Below, in pieces: positions 18,308-27,819 of a stretch of DNA of 64,000 bases; the stretch's first letter is position 1, and each line of letters begins with the position of its first letter. The stretch is from NCBI GenBank assembly GCA_039208585.1, contig JBCCQX010000004.1, positions 52,031 to 116,030 on the forward strand, given 5' to 3'. Under the pieces are notes generated by a model that saw only the letters and a program-made list of their open reading frames with translations, was not told where the DNA came from and searched no databases. The position numbers were made by a program, and so were the translations under genes. This stretch comes from Pseudomonadota bacterium. GTDB lineage: Bacteria > Pseudomonadota > Alphaproteobacteria > Rhodobacterales > Rhodobacteraceae.

Positions 18308-19090
18308 TTATTTCAAAATGGGGGGTTTTGAAGGGTCCGCGCCCGGTGGCAACCGGGGGGTATGTTGCAACGCCTCACCCTGGGGCAGGTCAAAACGCAA
18401 TCCGACCTTTGCCAGTTTTGTAACAACAGGATCATCGGGCGCGAAAAACCCCACGTCCATTGCCCCAGCATCAATGCCAGAAAAGGTCAACGCTTCTGAC
18501 GCCGCGCGGACGAGCGCATCTTGCGCGCGCTCGATCGCGCCGACAAAGGCCAAAAGATGCCCGCGCCCCCCGCCGTCATAGACAACGCCCACCAGAAACG
18601 CGCCCGCGGCCATCGCGGTTGCGGTGGCAAGTTTCGCGTCAATCGCGGCAATCAGGGTTTCCGGCAATCCTGCGGGGGGCACCACCCGTTCAATGCGCGC
18701 CTCAACGGCGCCGGGTTGATGCGCGAGCGTCTCGCGCAGCCAGGCCATCGCGCCCGCTGGCAATAGGATTTCAGATGGCGCCACGCCGATGTTCACGGCC
18801 ATCCCCAGATCCTGGCCCTCCAGCATGCCGGCGATGGCACGACCAGAAAGCGCCACATAAGGCGCCGGAGCGCCCACGTATGCGGCCAAACGCTCCGTCC
18901 GGTCAAAGACGGTGACATAGGTCTCTTGAAACAACTTTGGCGTCACTTGATCCCCGTCGGGCTCGGCTTCCAGCAGCAGGTAAAGCTCCACATCAGCGAC
19001 CCGTTCGTAAAAGCGCAGGCGCGCCGTATCGTCCTCGGGCGCTTGGGTCATCGTGGCATGGGCCAGATCAAGCGGGGTTTGCTCAGTCAT
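18308..19090 (-). CDS. SseB family protein
   Basis: 'ARLRFYERVAD.EL.LLL', 'VFD..ERLA.YVG..APYVALSGR' and 'LRFDLP' resemble Rhodobacteraceae SseB-like proteins. Confidence 0.7.
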   Translation of the reverse strand: MTEQTPLDLAHATMTQAPEDDTARLRFYERVADVELYLLLEAEPDGDQVTPKLFQETYVTVFDRTERLAAYVGAPAPYVALSGRAIAGMLEGQDLGMAVNIGVAPSEILLPAGAMAWLRETLAHQPGAVEARIERVVPPAGLPETLIAAIDAKLATATAMAAGAFLVGVVYDGGGRGHLLAFVGAIERAQDALVRAASEALTFSGIDAGAMDVGFFAPDDPVVTKLAKVGLRFDLPQGEALQHTPRLPPGADPSKPPILK

Positions 19091-19670
19091 TCAGCACCTC
19101 TTTCACCGCGCGTTGCAAACGTGGGATCACCTCGGCCTCAAACCAGGGGTGCCTTTTGAGCCACGCCGTGTTGCGCCAAGAGGGATGCGGCAACGCAAAA
19201 ATACCCGGCGGATGCTCGCGCCAGGCAGCGACCGAGGCGGTGACGGAGCGAAACTGCGGCAGGTGATAGCGCATGGCATAACCACCGATCAACACCGTGA
19301 GCCGAACATCCGGCACCATGCGCAACGCCGCTGCTCGCCAGGTGCGCGCGCAAAGCGGCGGCGGCGGCAAATCGCTCCCTTTGTCGTCATAGCCGGGAAA
19401 GCAAAAGCCCATCGGAATGATCGCAACCTGAGTGCGATCATAGAATGTCGCCTCATCCATTCCCAACCAGCGCCGCAGCCGCGTGCCCGAATTGTCCCAG
19501 AACGGCGTGCCCGCCTGATGCACGCGCAAGCCCGGTGCCTGAGACGCGATCAGGATGCGCGCGCCCGGTGCGAACCAAACCACGGGGCGCGGTTCGTGGG
19601 CTGTCGCGGTGGCGGCAAAGCGGTCGGCACACAATCGACAGGTGGTCAAACTTTCGCGGACATCTTCCAT
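19083..19670 (-). CDS. Uracil-DNA glycosylase superfamily protein
   Basis: C..C at the N-terminus; SQAPG, FCFPG, DLPPP..C and LPHPSWRN motifs. Confidence 0.88.
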   Translation of the reverse strand: MEDVRESLTTCRLCADRFAATATAHEPRPVVWFAPGARILIASQAPGLRVHQAGTPFWDNSGTRLRRWLGMDEATFYDRTQVAIIPMGFCFPGYDDKGSDLPPPPLCARTWRAAALRMVPDVRLTVLIGGYAMRYHLPQFRSVTASVAAWREHPPGIFALPHPSWRNTAWLKRHPWFEAEVIPRLQRAVKEVLND

Positions 19671-19737
19671 GCTGCGGAAATACGCCAAAAGAAGCCGGGG
19701 CCAAGCATGGCGTCCGCGATTTTTCGGCGCAGGCAGA

Positions 19738-19800
19738 TTTATTTCGACATTTTTCGAAATGAAGCTTGCCTTCTGCTTTTATTTCTATATTTCTAGAAAT
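19738..19800 (+). promoter_or_regulatory. Tandem palindromic operators, probably ArsR-binding
   Basis: ATTTC-N10-GAAAT occurs twice, 40 bp apart (19741-19760 ATTTCGACATTTTTCGAAAT; 19781-19800 ATTTCTATATTTCTAGAAAT); the second abuts the arsR ATG. Confidence 0.65.
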
Positions 19801-20145
19801 ATGAAAACACAGACAAACCCCACCCCGCCCCTTACGCTTGCTGCGGCAAGCTTTGCCGCCCTTGGTTCTGAACAACGCCTGAGCGTGTTACGCACGCTTG
19901 TGCGCGCGGGCAGCGATGGTTTGAGCATCGGCGATCTTGGCGCGCGCACAGGCGTGACCGGATCGACACTCACGCACCACCTCAAACTGCTTACCGCGAC
20001 CGGATTGGTGAAACAGAAAAGAGACGGCCGCAGCACGATTTGCGCGGCAGTTGCCTATGAAGAGATCCAAGCACTCGCGCGGTTTTTACTGACAGAATGC
20101 TGCGCGGATGCACAACACGCATGCGAGGGACACGACAATGACTGA
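19801..20145 (+). CDS. arsR: ArsR/SmtB family regulator with C-terminal CC-x6-C
   Basis: FAALG..QRL.V...L, HTH with 'STLTHHL..L...GLV', and C-terminal TECCADAQHAC. Confidence 0.85.
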   Translation: MKTQTNPTPPLTLAAASFAALGSEQRLSVLRTLVRAGSDGLSIGDLGARTGVTGSTLTHHLKLLTATGLVKQKRDGRSTICAAVAYEEIQALARFLLTECCADAQHACEGHDND

Positions 20146-21163
20146 CCTTTCCCAACCTCAAGGCACATTCAAGCGCTGGAATCCCGGCGCATGGGGTGTC
20201 ATCGCGGCATTGATCGCGGCGGTGGCGGTCTTTGAACCTGCTGCACTTGGCGAGACGCTGTCGTTTACGGCGCGCGCCCTGACGGGCACTGCACCCTTCA
20301 TTGCTTTCGCTGTTTTTGCCGTTGCCTATCTAAAAGCGACGGGGGCCGAAAATCTGCTCGCACGCGCCTTTGAAGGCAACCCCGCGCGCATGATCGTGAT
20401 GGCTGCCTTGCTCGGTGGTATGTCGCCTTTTTGTTCGTGCGAGGTAATCCCCTTTATCGCAGCACTTCTGGCGGTGGGTGCGCCACTGGGCGCTGTCATG
20501 GCCTTCTGGCTGTCCTCCCCGCTGATGGACCCGGCAATGTTCGCCATCACCTCAGGCGCGCTGGGATGGGAGTTTGCGATCGCAAAAACCATCGCGGCGG
20601 TTGGTCTTGGCTTATTTGGCGGGTTCGGCGTGCTGCTTGCGTCTCAAACAGCGCTGTTTGCTGATCCGCTGCGCGAACGACCCGCCATCGGCGGGTGCTG
20701 CGGTGCGAAAAAGCCGTTCTCAGGTCAACCGGTGTGGGTCTTTTGGTCACATGAGGAGCGCCGCAAGACCTTCATCAACACAGGCGTGGAAAACGCGCTT
20801 TTCCTGCTAAAATGGTTGACGCTGGCCTATGTGATCGAAGCCTTGATGCTGCGCCACATCCCGGCAGAGACCATCGCGATGGTCCTGGGTGGCGATGGGT
20901 TTCTGCCGATCCTGCTCGGCGCTCTTGTGGGTGCACCTGCCTATTTGAATGGTTATGCCGCCGTCCCTCTGATCGACGCTTTGCTCTCGCAAGGGATGGC
21001 ACAAGGCGCGGCCATGTCCTTTGTCATCGCAGGCGGTGTCAGTAGCATCCCGGCAGCCATCGCAGTCTGGGCTTTGGTAAAACCGCGCATTTTTGCGGCC
21101 TATCTGGGGTTTGCCATGACTGGCGCCTTAATTGCTGGCAGCCTTTGGCAGATGATCGCCTAA
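20138..21163 (+). CDS. Permease of the DUF318/ArsP family
   Basis: SPFCSCEVIP motif, central GCC linker, two TM halves; overlaps arsR. Confidence 0.8.
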   Translation: MTDLSQPQGTFKRWNPGAWGVIAALIAAVAVFEPAALGETLSFTARALTGTAPFIAFAVFAVAYLKATGAENLLARAFEGNPARMIVMAALLGGMSPFCSCEVIPFIAALLAVGAPLGAVMAFWLSSPLMDPAMFAITSGALGWEFAIAKTIAAVGLGLFGGFGVLLASQTALFADPLRERPAIGGCCGAKKPFSGQPVWVFWSHEERRKTFINTGVENALFLLKWLTLAYVIEALMLRHIPAETIAMVLGGDGFLPILLGALVGAPAYLNGYAAVPLIDALLSQGMAQGAAMSFVIAGGVSSIPAAIAVWALVKPRIFAAYLGFAMTGALIAGSLWQMIA

Positions 21164-21196
21164 AGCCATGGGCCTCAAACCTGAAACCCTTGTTTG
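21161..21196 (+). mobile_element. MITE-like element, left-end fragment (copy 5)
   Basis: TAAAGCC-N7-TCAAACCTG..CCCTTG starts at the TAA stop of the permease gene; the rest of the element is absent. Confidence 0.55.
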
Positions 21197-21389
21197 TTGC
21201 CGCTTCCTTCGGCCCGACGCGAAACGTGATGCGTGATATTTCAAGTGAACGTCGAAACGTCTTAGGTCACGGACCCTAGCCGCTGGATTGTCGTTGTAGA
21301 TTTACATACGAATCGGGCGTAACATGCGGTAATTGCATGTTGCGCCCTAAATTTTTACGCGCAGCGAATGAATGGCCTGGCGGAGACGG

Positions 21390-22049
21390 ATGCTAGAGTT
21401 CGAAAATGTCTCAAAGTCTTTTTGGACCGGATTTGATCGGAAGGTCATTCTGGACCAAGTGTCTTTCCGCGTCACGCTTGGAAATTCCATGGGCATTCTC
21501 GCACCCAATGGCACCGGGAAAACCACCCTGATCAAAATGATGGCCGGTCTTGAAAAGCCGGACGAAGGGGAAATTCGCAGAGGATGCAACATCTCGTTCC
21601 CGCTCGGTTTCATGGGGGGCGTGGTGAACAAACTCTCCGCGATGGAGAATGCCCGCTACATCGCGCGGTTGTATGGGATGGACCCGGATTACATCGAAAG
21701 CTTTTGCCGGTGGCTGTGTGATATCGGAGAGTACTTCGACCAACCGTTGGCCATCTACTCTTCTGGGATGCAAGCAAAGTTCAGTTTCTCTCTTTTACTG
21801 GCCTTGGATTTTGACATCTACCTCATCGATGAGGGGATGCCCGCAGCGATGGATGTTGAATTCAGCAAGCGAGCAGGGTTCATCCTAGAAGAGCGTTTGA
21901 GCACCACAACGATCATTATCGTTTCTCACAGTCCAGATATCGTTGAAAAGTTTGCCCGAACTGCGGCAGTATTATTGAACGGGCAGCTTTACGTATTCGA
22001 CACATTGGAAGAAGCAAGGCAACTCTATGACTACCGAACCAAAGTCTAG
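21390..22049 (+). CDS. kpsT: Capsule/polysaccharide export ABC ATPase, KpsT-like
   Basis: Walker A APNGTGKTT, signature YSSGM, Walker B YLIDE, 'SFPLGFMGG'. Confidence 0.85.
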   Translation: MLEFENVSKSFWTGFDRKVILDQVSFRVTLGNSMGILAPNGTGKTTLIKMMAGLEKPDEGEIRRGCNISFPLGFMGGVVNKLSAMENARYIARLYGMDPDYIESFCRWLCDIGEYFDQPLAIYSSGMQAKFSFSLLLALDFDIYLIDEGMPAAMDVEFSKRAGFILEERLSTTTIIIVSHSPDIVEKFARTAAVLLNGQLYVFDTLEEARQLYDYRTKV

Positions 22050-23658
22050 ACGGTTTCGCCTGAGGCGGTCGGCAGGCGCAGCGTCACCCAACAGAAAGGC
22101 GCAACAACACATCGCGCAGCCCGCGCCGACAAACCAGATGTCGGGCGCGCCCACGCCGACGACGCCATCGATGACATCAGCGAAAGGCACGCCGCCGCAG
22201 ACCTCGCAAGACGCCATCGAAGCCGTCCGTCGCGAGGGGCTGACAGGACGGCAATTGCGCATGGCAAGACGGGTCGCTCAAAAAAACGGGCTGGCCCCCC
22301 AATCTGATTTCGAGGCCGTTCATTTGCTGCGGGCCAAAGGCATTGATCCATTCCAGCGGGCCAACATGCTGGAGCTGGTTGTGCCACCAGAAGGGGACAC
22401 ACGGGCACCACATCCGCCAAAGGGCGAAGCACTAAGCCGGATACAGCTTCCGCAAACCATCCCCTCGTCCGATGTGACCGCGCCACAGAATACAGAGCTC
22501 AGCCCCGTGGCGCAGCGACAGCAAGAGATTGCCAAGATCCAGCGTGAGATTTTGCGCAGACGCCAGCGCAAGCTGGGGCTTTTGCTCGTGCGCTTGGCGT
22601 TTTTTGTTTTCCTACCAACGGCGGCTTTGGGGTATTACTTCTATTCGCTCGCGACGCCGATGTATGCGACTACCAGCCAATTTCTTATCATTCAGAACGA
22701 AGGCGGTGGCGGCGGCAGTGCCTTCGGCAGCCTTTTACCAACGCAGTTTGCCAATTCAGCAGACAGCATTGCCACGCAAGCATATCTGCAGTCCAAGGAC
22801 GCCATGCTAAGACTGGATGCGGATCGCGGGTTCAAAGATCACTTTTCCGACACGTCAATCGACCCGCTACAACGTCTCGAGCCTGATGCCACCAACGAAG
22901 CGACGTATAAAATTTACAAACGCAACGTGAAGATAGGATATGATCCCACCGAAGGCGTCATTCGCATGGAGGTTGTCGCGGCCGACCCCGAGGTTTCGGC
23001 GGAATTTTCCCGGAAACTGCTGACCTACGCGGAAGAGCGGGTCAATGAACTCTCGCTGCAGAAACGGGAAGACGCGATGCGTGACGCGCGGATTGGATTT
23101 GAAAAAGCGCAAGAAAACCGGCGGCGCTCTCAGGAAAAGCTGATCACACTGCAGGTGGAGAATGGCGTGGACCCGGAAGCGGAAATCGCGGCATTGCGCA
23201 GCCAGATCACCAATGTCGACACCCAAATCATTGAAAAGGAAATTGAACTGTCGGCGTTGCTGGACAATGCGCGCCCGAATGCCGCGAAAGTTGACGGCGC
23301 AAGAGGCGATATCCGCCGTCTCAACGAACAGCTTCAAAAGTTGAACGAACGGCTCAATTCAGCCACAGCGGGCGAAAATTCACTTGCGCAGCGGGCAGTG
23401 GCCATTCAACTCGCTCAGGCAGACCTGGCAAACGCGGATCTGATGCTGCAAAGCTCGCAAACATCGATGGAACAAGCGCAGACAGAGGCGAACAGACAGG
23501 TGCGATATCTAACCGTGGCCGTCTCTCCGGTGCCGCCGCAAGAGCCGACCTATCCGCGCAAGTTCGAAAACACCATCATGGCTTTCTTGGTCTTCACAGG
23601 GATCTATCTGATGCTGTCTTTGACCGCGTCCATTCTGCGCGAACAAGTCGCCTCATGA
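22027..23658 (+). CDS. kpsE: Capsule export inner-membrane protein, KpsE-like, with a long N-terminal extension
   Basis: TM 'FFVFLPT...YYFY..ATPMY', 'YLQSKDAM..LD', coiled coil, 'RQVRYL...V.P..P..PTYPR' and C-terminal TM. Confidence 0.8.
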   Translation: MTTEPKSRRFRLRRSAGAASPNRKAQQHIAQPAPTNQMSGAPTPTTPSMTSAKGTPPQTSQDAIEAVRREGLTGRQLRMARRVAQKNGLAPQSDFEAVHLLRAKGIDPFQRANMLELVVPPEGDTRAPHPPKGEALSRIQLPQTIPSSDVTAPQNTELSPVAQRQQEIAKIQREILRRRQRKLGLLLVRLAFFVFLPTAALGYYFYSLATPMYATTSQFLIIQNEGGGGGSAFGSLLPTQFANSADSIATQAYLQSKDAMLRLDADRGFKDHFSDTSIDPLQRLEPDATNEATYKIYKRNVKIGYDPTEGVIRMEVVAADPEVSAEFSRKLLTYAEERVNELSLQKREDAMRDARIGFEKAQENRRRSQEKLITLQVENGVDPEAEIAALRSQITNVDTQIIEKEIELSALLDNARPNAAKVDGARGDIRRLNEQLQKLNERLNSATAGENSLAQRAVAIQLAQADLANADLMLQSSQTSMEQAQTEANRQVRYLTVAVSPVPPQEPTYPRKFENTIMAFLVFTGIYLMLSLTASILREQVAS

Positions 23659-24488
23659 CCGATGTAACAGTCGGATCGGTGATGATCGGCGGCGACCACC
23701 CGCTCACCATCATCGCCGGCCCCTGCCAGTTGGAAAGCTTGGATCACGCGCAGATGATCGCCGGCACCCTGCATGAGGCCTGCGCGAAGGCAGGCGCTCA
23801 ATTCATATTCAAGGCAAGCTATGACAAGGCAAATCGCACATCTTTGACCGGCAAACGCGGGCTGGGGATTGATGCGGGTCTACAGGTGCTGCGCGACGTG
23901 GGGCAGTCTGTTGGCGTGCCGGTGCTTACCGATGTGCACTCAGAGGCGCAATGCGCCACAGCGGCAGAAGCGGTCGATGTGCTGCAGATCCCCGCGTTTT
24001 TGTGCCGTCAGACAGACATGCTGCTGGCTGCCGGGGCTACGGGGGCTGCGATCAATGTCAAGAAAGGCCAGTTCCTCGCCCCGTGGGAGATGACTAACAT
24101 CGTGGAAAAGATCGAATCCACGGGAAACAAGCGGATCCTGCTGACAGAGCGTGGCACATCCTTCGGTTACAACACGCTGGTCGTCGACATGCGCAGCCTG
24201 CCGCAGATGGCGCGTACTGGCTACCCGGTGGTCATGGACGCAACGCATTCAGTTCAACAGCCGGGTGGGCGCGGCGGCTCTTCAGGGGGGCAGCGCGAAT
24301 TTGCCCCCGTCATGGCGCGCGCGGCCGCCGCCATCGGTGTGAGTGCGATTTTCATCGAAACCCACCAAGATCCGGAAAACGCGCCCTGCGACGGTCCTAA
24401 CATGATCTATCTCGACGACATGCCCGCGCTCATTGAGACGCTGATGCGCTTTGATACGCTGGCCAAACAACATCCGATCACACTTTAA
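23655..24488 (+). CDS. kdsA: 2-dehydro-3-deoxyphosphooctonate (KDO-8-P) synthase
   Basis: AGPC, KASYDKANRTS, QIPAFLCRQTD, KKGQF, ERG.SFGY and DATHSVQQPG motifs. Confidence 0.97.
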   Translation: MTDVTVGSVMIGGDHPLTIIAGPCQLESLDHAQMIAGTLHEACAKAGAQFIFKASYDKANRTSLTGKRGLGIDAGLQVLRDVGQSVGVPVLTDVHSEAQCATAAEAVDVLQIPAFLCRQTDMLLAAGATGAAINVKKGQFLAPWEMTNIVEKIESTGNKRILLTERGTSFGYNTLVVDMRSLPQMARTGYPVVMDATHSVQQPGGRGGSSGGQREFAPVMARAAAAIGVSAIFIETHQDPENAPCDGPNMIYLDDMPALIETLMRFDTLAKQHPITL

Positions 24489-24504
24489 ACCGATGGGCTT
24501 CACC

Positions 24505-26001
24505 GTGACCAAACCCGCCACAACAGTGCGCCAAAACACCTGGGCCTTTCTACGCGACCCGATGATCAACCCAACCGGCTTTCGCGAATATGACGCCCGA
24601 TGGCGATACCCTGAAGACATCAATCTGCCCGGCGTCACTGCGCTGGGCCTGGGGTTGGGAACGCAAATGCACCGGGCCGGGGTCAAACCCGAAATTGTCG
24701 TCGGAAATGATTATCGCGCCTACGCTTTAGAAATTAAAAACGCACTCACGCTGGGGCTGATGCAGGCGGGTATCGCCGTGAAAGACATCGGGCCGGCGCT
24801 CAGCCCTATGGCCTATTTTGCCCAACGTCATCTTGGCGATATCGCAGTGGCCATGGTGACGGCCTCTCACAACCCAAATGGCTGGACCGGGGTGAAAATG
24901 GGCTTTCATGCCCCGCTCACCCACGGCCCGGAGGACATGAGCAGCTTGCGCGACATTGTCCTGAACGGCGCTGGCATCCCACGCCCGGGCGGTGCATATC
25001 GTTTCATCCCAGGCATAAAAGACGCCTATCTCGACGATTTGGTAGGGGATTTCAAAATGACCCGCCCGCTCAAAGTGGTCTGCGCCACCGGCAATGGGAC
25101 CGCCTCTGCGCTTGCGCCCATGCTGTTTGAGCGGCTCGGGGTCGAGGTCATCAACCGCCACACGACGCTGGATTACACCTTTCCGCATTACAACCCAAAC
25201 CCCGAAGCACTCGAAATGCTGCACGACATGAGCGCTCAGGTCAAAGCACATGATGCCGACCTCGCGCTGGGATTTGACGGAGATGGTGACCGCTGCGGTG
25301 TTGTCGATAACGAAGGGGAAGAGATCTTTGCCGACAAAATGGGCGTGATCCTCGCCCGAGATCTGGCCAAACTCTATCCAGGCGCAACATTCGTTGCTGA
25401 CGTGAAATCCACAGGGCTTTTCGCAACCGATCCGGTGCTGCAACACCACGGCATCAAAGCGGACTACTGGAAAACCGGACACAGCCACATGAAGCGCCGC
25501 GTTCAAGAGATCGGTGCCTTGGCCGGTTTTGAAAAATCCGGACACTACTTTTTCGCCGCCCCGCTGGGCCATGGCTATGATTGCGGCCTGCGGGTGGCCG
25601 TTGAAATCTGCAAACTGATGGATCGCAACCCAGGCAACAGCATGGCGGATCTGCGCCGCGCGCTGCCGCGCACCTGGGCAACGCCCACCATGTCCCCTTT
25701 CGCGGCGGATACCGAAAAATACGACATGCTGGCGCGGATCACGGATAAGCTGCAGGCCAAGAAATCAGCGAAAGAGCACATCGGCGGGCGCAAAATCAAA
25801 GACATCGTCACGGTAAATGGCGCACGCGTGATGCTCGAGAATGGTGGCTGGGGGCTGGTGCGCGCCTCCTCAAATACGCCCAACCTCGTCGTGGTCTGTG
25901 AAAGCCCCCATTCCGAGGCTGAGATGCGGGCCATCTTTGAAGACATCGACGCGGTGATCCAGTCAGAACCCAATGTCGGAGCCTACGATCAGAAAATCTA
26001 G
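24505..26001 (+). CDS. Phosphomannomutase/phosphoglucomutase (AlgC/ExoC-like)
   Basis: FREYD, TASHNP (phosphoserine loop), FDGDGDR, GFEKSGH and VRASSN motifs. GTG start at 24505 is inferred. Confidence 0.93.
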   Translation: MTKPATTVRQNTWAFLRDPMINPTGFREYDARWRYPEDINLPGVTALGLGLGTQMHRAGVKPEIVVGNDYRAYALEIKNALTLGLMQAGIAVKDIGPALSPMAYFAQRHLGDIAVAMVTASHNPNGWTGVKMGFHAPLTHGPEDMSSLRDIVLNGAGIPRPGGAYRFIPGIKDAYLDDLVGDFKMTRPLKVVCATGNGTASALAPMLFERLGVEVINRHTTLDYTFPHYNPNPEALEMLHDMSAQVKAHDADLALGFDGDGDRCGVVDNEGEEIFADKMGVILARDLAKLYPGATFVADVKSTGLFATDPVLQHHGIKADYWKTGHSHMKRRVQEIGALAGFEKSGHYFFAAPLGHGYDCGLRVAVEICKLMDRNPGNSMADLRRALPRTWATPTMSPFAADTEKYDMLARITDKLQAKKSAKEHIGGRKIKDIVTVNGARVMLENGGWGLVRASSNTPNLVVVCESPHSEAEMRAIFEDIDAVIQSEPNVGAYDQKI

Positions 26002-26163
26002 CGATTTTCCACCGAAACCTGAAACACTTGCCCGCTGGCTCTCCCTTCAGCCCTACGCGAAAAGAGATGCGTGATAGCTCAAGCGAAAGCCAAAACACTC
26101 TCATCGCGCGCCAGTCGATTGCTTCACATGAACCGCACCCCGCCTCTTTTCACTGCGCCGCAG

Positions 26164-26210
26164 ATCTTTTGGCGGAAAATACTTCGGGGGCCTGGGGGCA
26201 GCGCCCCCAG
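26164..26210 (+). repeat. Family B repeat, copy 2
   Basis: ATCTTTTGGCGGAAAATACTTCGGGGGCCTGGGGGCAGCGCCCCCAG, between convergent genes. Confidence 0.75.
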
Positions 26211-26237
26211 CAGAGCATGACGTGCCGCTTCAGCGGC

Positions 26238-26885
26238 TCATTCAGAAAGCGCCGCGGCGCAAAAGGTCGCGATACGCGCCGGGTCCTTGACACCGGGCGC
26301 GCTTTCCACCGCGCTTGACACATCTACCTGAGGGGCGCCCGTCAGCTGCACCGCCTGCGCAACATTCGCCGCTGTCAGCCCACCCGCCAGCATCCAGGGA
26401 ATGGGCCAATCGCGGCGCGCGATGAGCTGCCAGTCAAACGTCAATCCATTGCCCCCGGGCAGATCAGACCCCTCGGGCGGCTTAGCGTCCACCAAAATCT
26501 GATCCGCCACCCCAAAATACGCCTTAAGTCGCGCCACATCTGATGCGCCGGACACGCCGACCGCTTTCATGACAGGCCGACCCGAGATGGATTTCACAGC
26601 CTCCACCCGATGCGGTGTCTCTTCACCGTGCAATTGGACCATATCCAGTGGAACCTGCCCCATCAGTTCTGCTAGGAATTGATCGCTGGGATCAACGACA
26701 AGACCCACTTTACGAATGTTTGCCGGCACCTTCTGCGCGAGCGTCGCAGCGGTCGCCGGCGCAACGTAGCGCGGTGATTTTTCAAAGAACACAAATCCAA
26801 CGTAGTGCGCCCCGGCAGCCGCCGCCGCATCGATATCCTGCGCAGCGGTCAGACCGCATATCTTAATCTGCAGATCCCGCGGCAT
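26238..26885 (-). CDS. trpF: Phosphoribosylanthranilate isomerase
   Basis: IKICGL, GFVFF.KSPR, VQLHG.E, LAGGL and DVSSAVE motifs. Confidence 0.96.
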   Translation of the reverse strand: MPRDLQIKICGLTAAQDIDAAAAAGAHYVGFVFFEKSPRYVAPATAATLAQKVPANIRKVGLVVDPSDQFLAELMGQVPLDMVQLHGEETPHRVEAVKSISGRPVMKAVGVSGASDVARLKAYFGVADQILVDAKPPEGSDLPGGNGLTFDWQLIARRDWPIPWMLAGGLTAANVAQAVQLTGAPQVDVSSAVESAPGVKDPARIATFCAAALSE

Positions 26886-26891
26886 CTTGCG

Positions 26892-27242
26892 TCAGCGGGC
26901 CTCATCCAGCAGCGCCAGAATATCATCCTGGCCCGCTGTCTTTTCCCCTCTCAGCCGGGCAATCTCGCGTTCTAAGCGGCGCATCTCACGCGCTTGGCGC
27001 GCCGCGGCCGCGCGTTGACCATATTCACGGATCCATTCCCATATGAACCCGACCAATAGACCCGCGATGATGCTCCCCAAAATCACAACGAACAGGGGCA
27101 GCGTGATCGTGGGATTCAACGCAAACCACCCCGCGATTTCACCGGGCAGCAGTTGCAACGACACGGCGTCTCGGTTCGCCAAGGCGATGGCGATGAGGGT
27201 GAACGCGAAAACCAAAATGCAACCGTAACGAAGATAGCGCAT
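26892..27242 (-). CDS. LapA family (DUF1049) membrane protein
   Basis: Two TM segments with 'ANR..V.L' and 'LPLF' followed by a coiled tail; the position after ihfB is typical. Confidence 0.8.
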   Translation of the reverse strand: MRYLRYGCILVFAFTLIAIALANRDAVSLQLLPGEIAGWFALNPTITLPLFVVILGSIIAGLLVGFIWEWIREYGQRAAAARQAREMRRLEREIARLRGEKTAGQDDILALLDEAR

Positions 27243-27526
27243 CAGCCCTTGCCGTTCAGCCGATCGCGCAACAGCTTTCCAGTCTTGAAAAACGGCACGT
27301 GTTTTTCATCCACATGCACCGTTTCGCCGGTGCGCGGGTTGCGACCGATGCGCGCGTCGCGCTTTTTGACCGAGAAGGCCCCGAAACCGCGCAGTTCGAC
27401 GCGATCACCATTCGACATGGCACCTGTAATCTCATCGAAAATCGTGTTTACGATCCGCTCGACGTCACGTTGATAGAGATGCGGATTTTCATCTGAAATC
27501 TTTTGGATGAGTTCGGACCGTATCAT
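27242..27526 (-). CDS. ihfB: Integration host factor beta subunit
   Basis: [24 protein letters not shown] and [14 protein letters not shown] motifs. Confidence 0.97.
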   Translation of the reverse strand: MIRSELIQKISDENPHLYQRDVERIVNTIFDEITGAMSNGDRVELRGFGAFSVKKRDARIGRNPRTGETVHVDEKHVPFFKTGKLLRDRLNGKG

Positions 27527-27765
27527 CGCGCTATCCCCCTGAGACGTCATACATTTCTTGTTTTGTAGCGCGACTATAGAAACAAAGATCTCAGGCGTGA
27601 AGTGAGCGAGCTACGCAACATGGAGATTTTCCGGTGCCACAGACCCGTTCGTGACATTTTTTGCAGCTATTTTCTGATGCCGCAAAGCAAAGACGCGCCC
27701 GTACCCTAGCTCTGCCGGATGGGTGCCGCTGATTCGCGCTTTACGCGTAGGCAAAGCGGGGTTGA

Positions 27766-27795
27766 CAAAAAAGGCCCCGGACTTGATCCGGGGCC
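27766..27795 (-). terminator. REP-like hairpin acting as a probable rho-independent terminator of rpsA
   Basis: Minus strand reads GGCCCCGG-ATCAAGT-CCGGGGCC followed by TTTTTT, 25 nt after the rpsA stop. Same unit as the repeats at 51186 and 57817. Confidence 0.7.
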
Positions 27796-27819
27796 TCTCA
27801 CATTCATGCGCGTAGAGTA

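Noticed and set aside
24486-24510. TAAACCG-ATGGGCT-TCACCG at the kdsA stop, a possible further MITE end
   Set aside because: The match is too weak, it overlaps the start region of the phosphomannomutase gene, and no core sequence follows.
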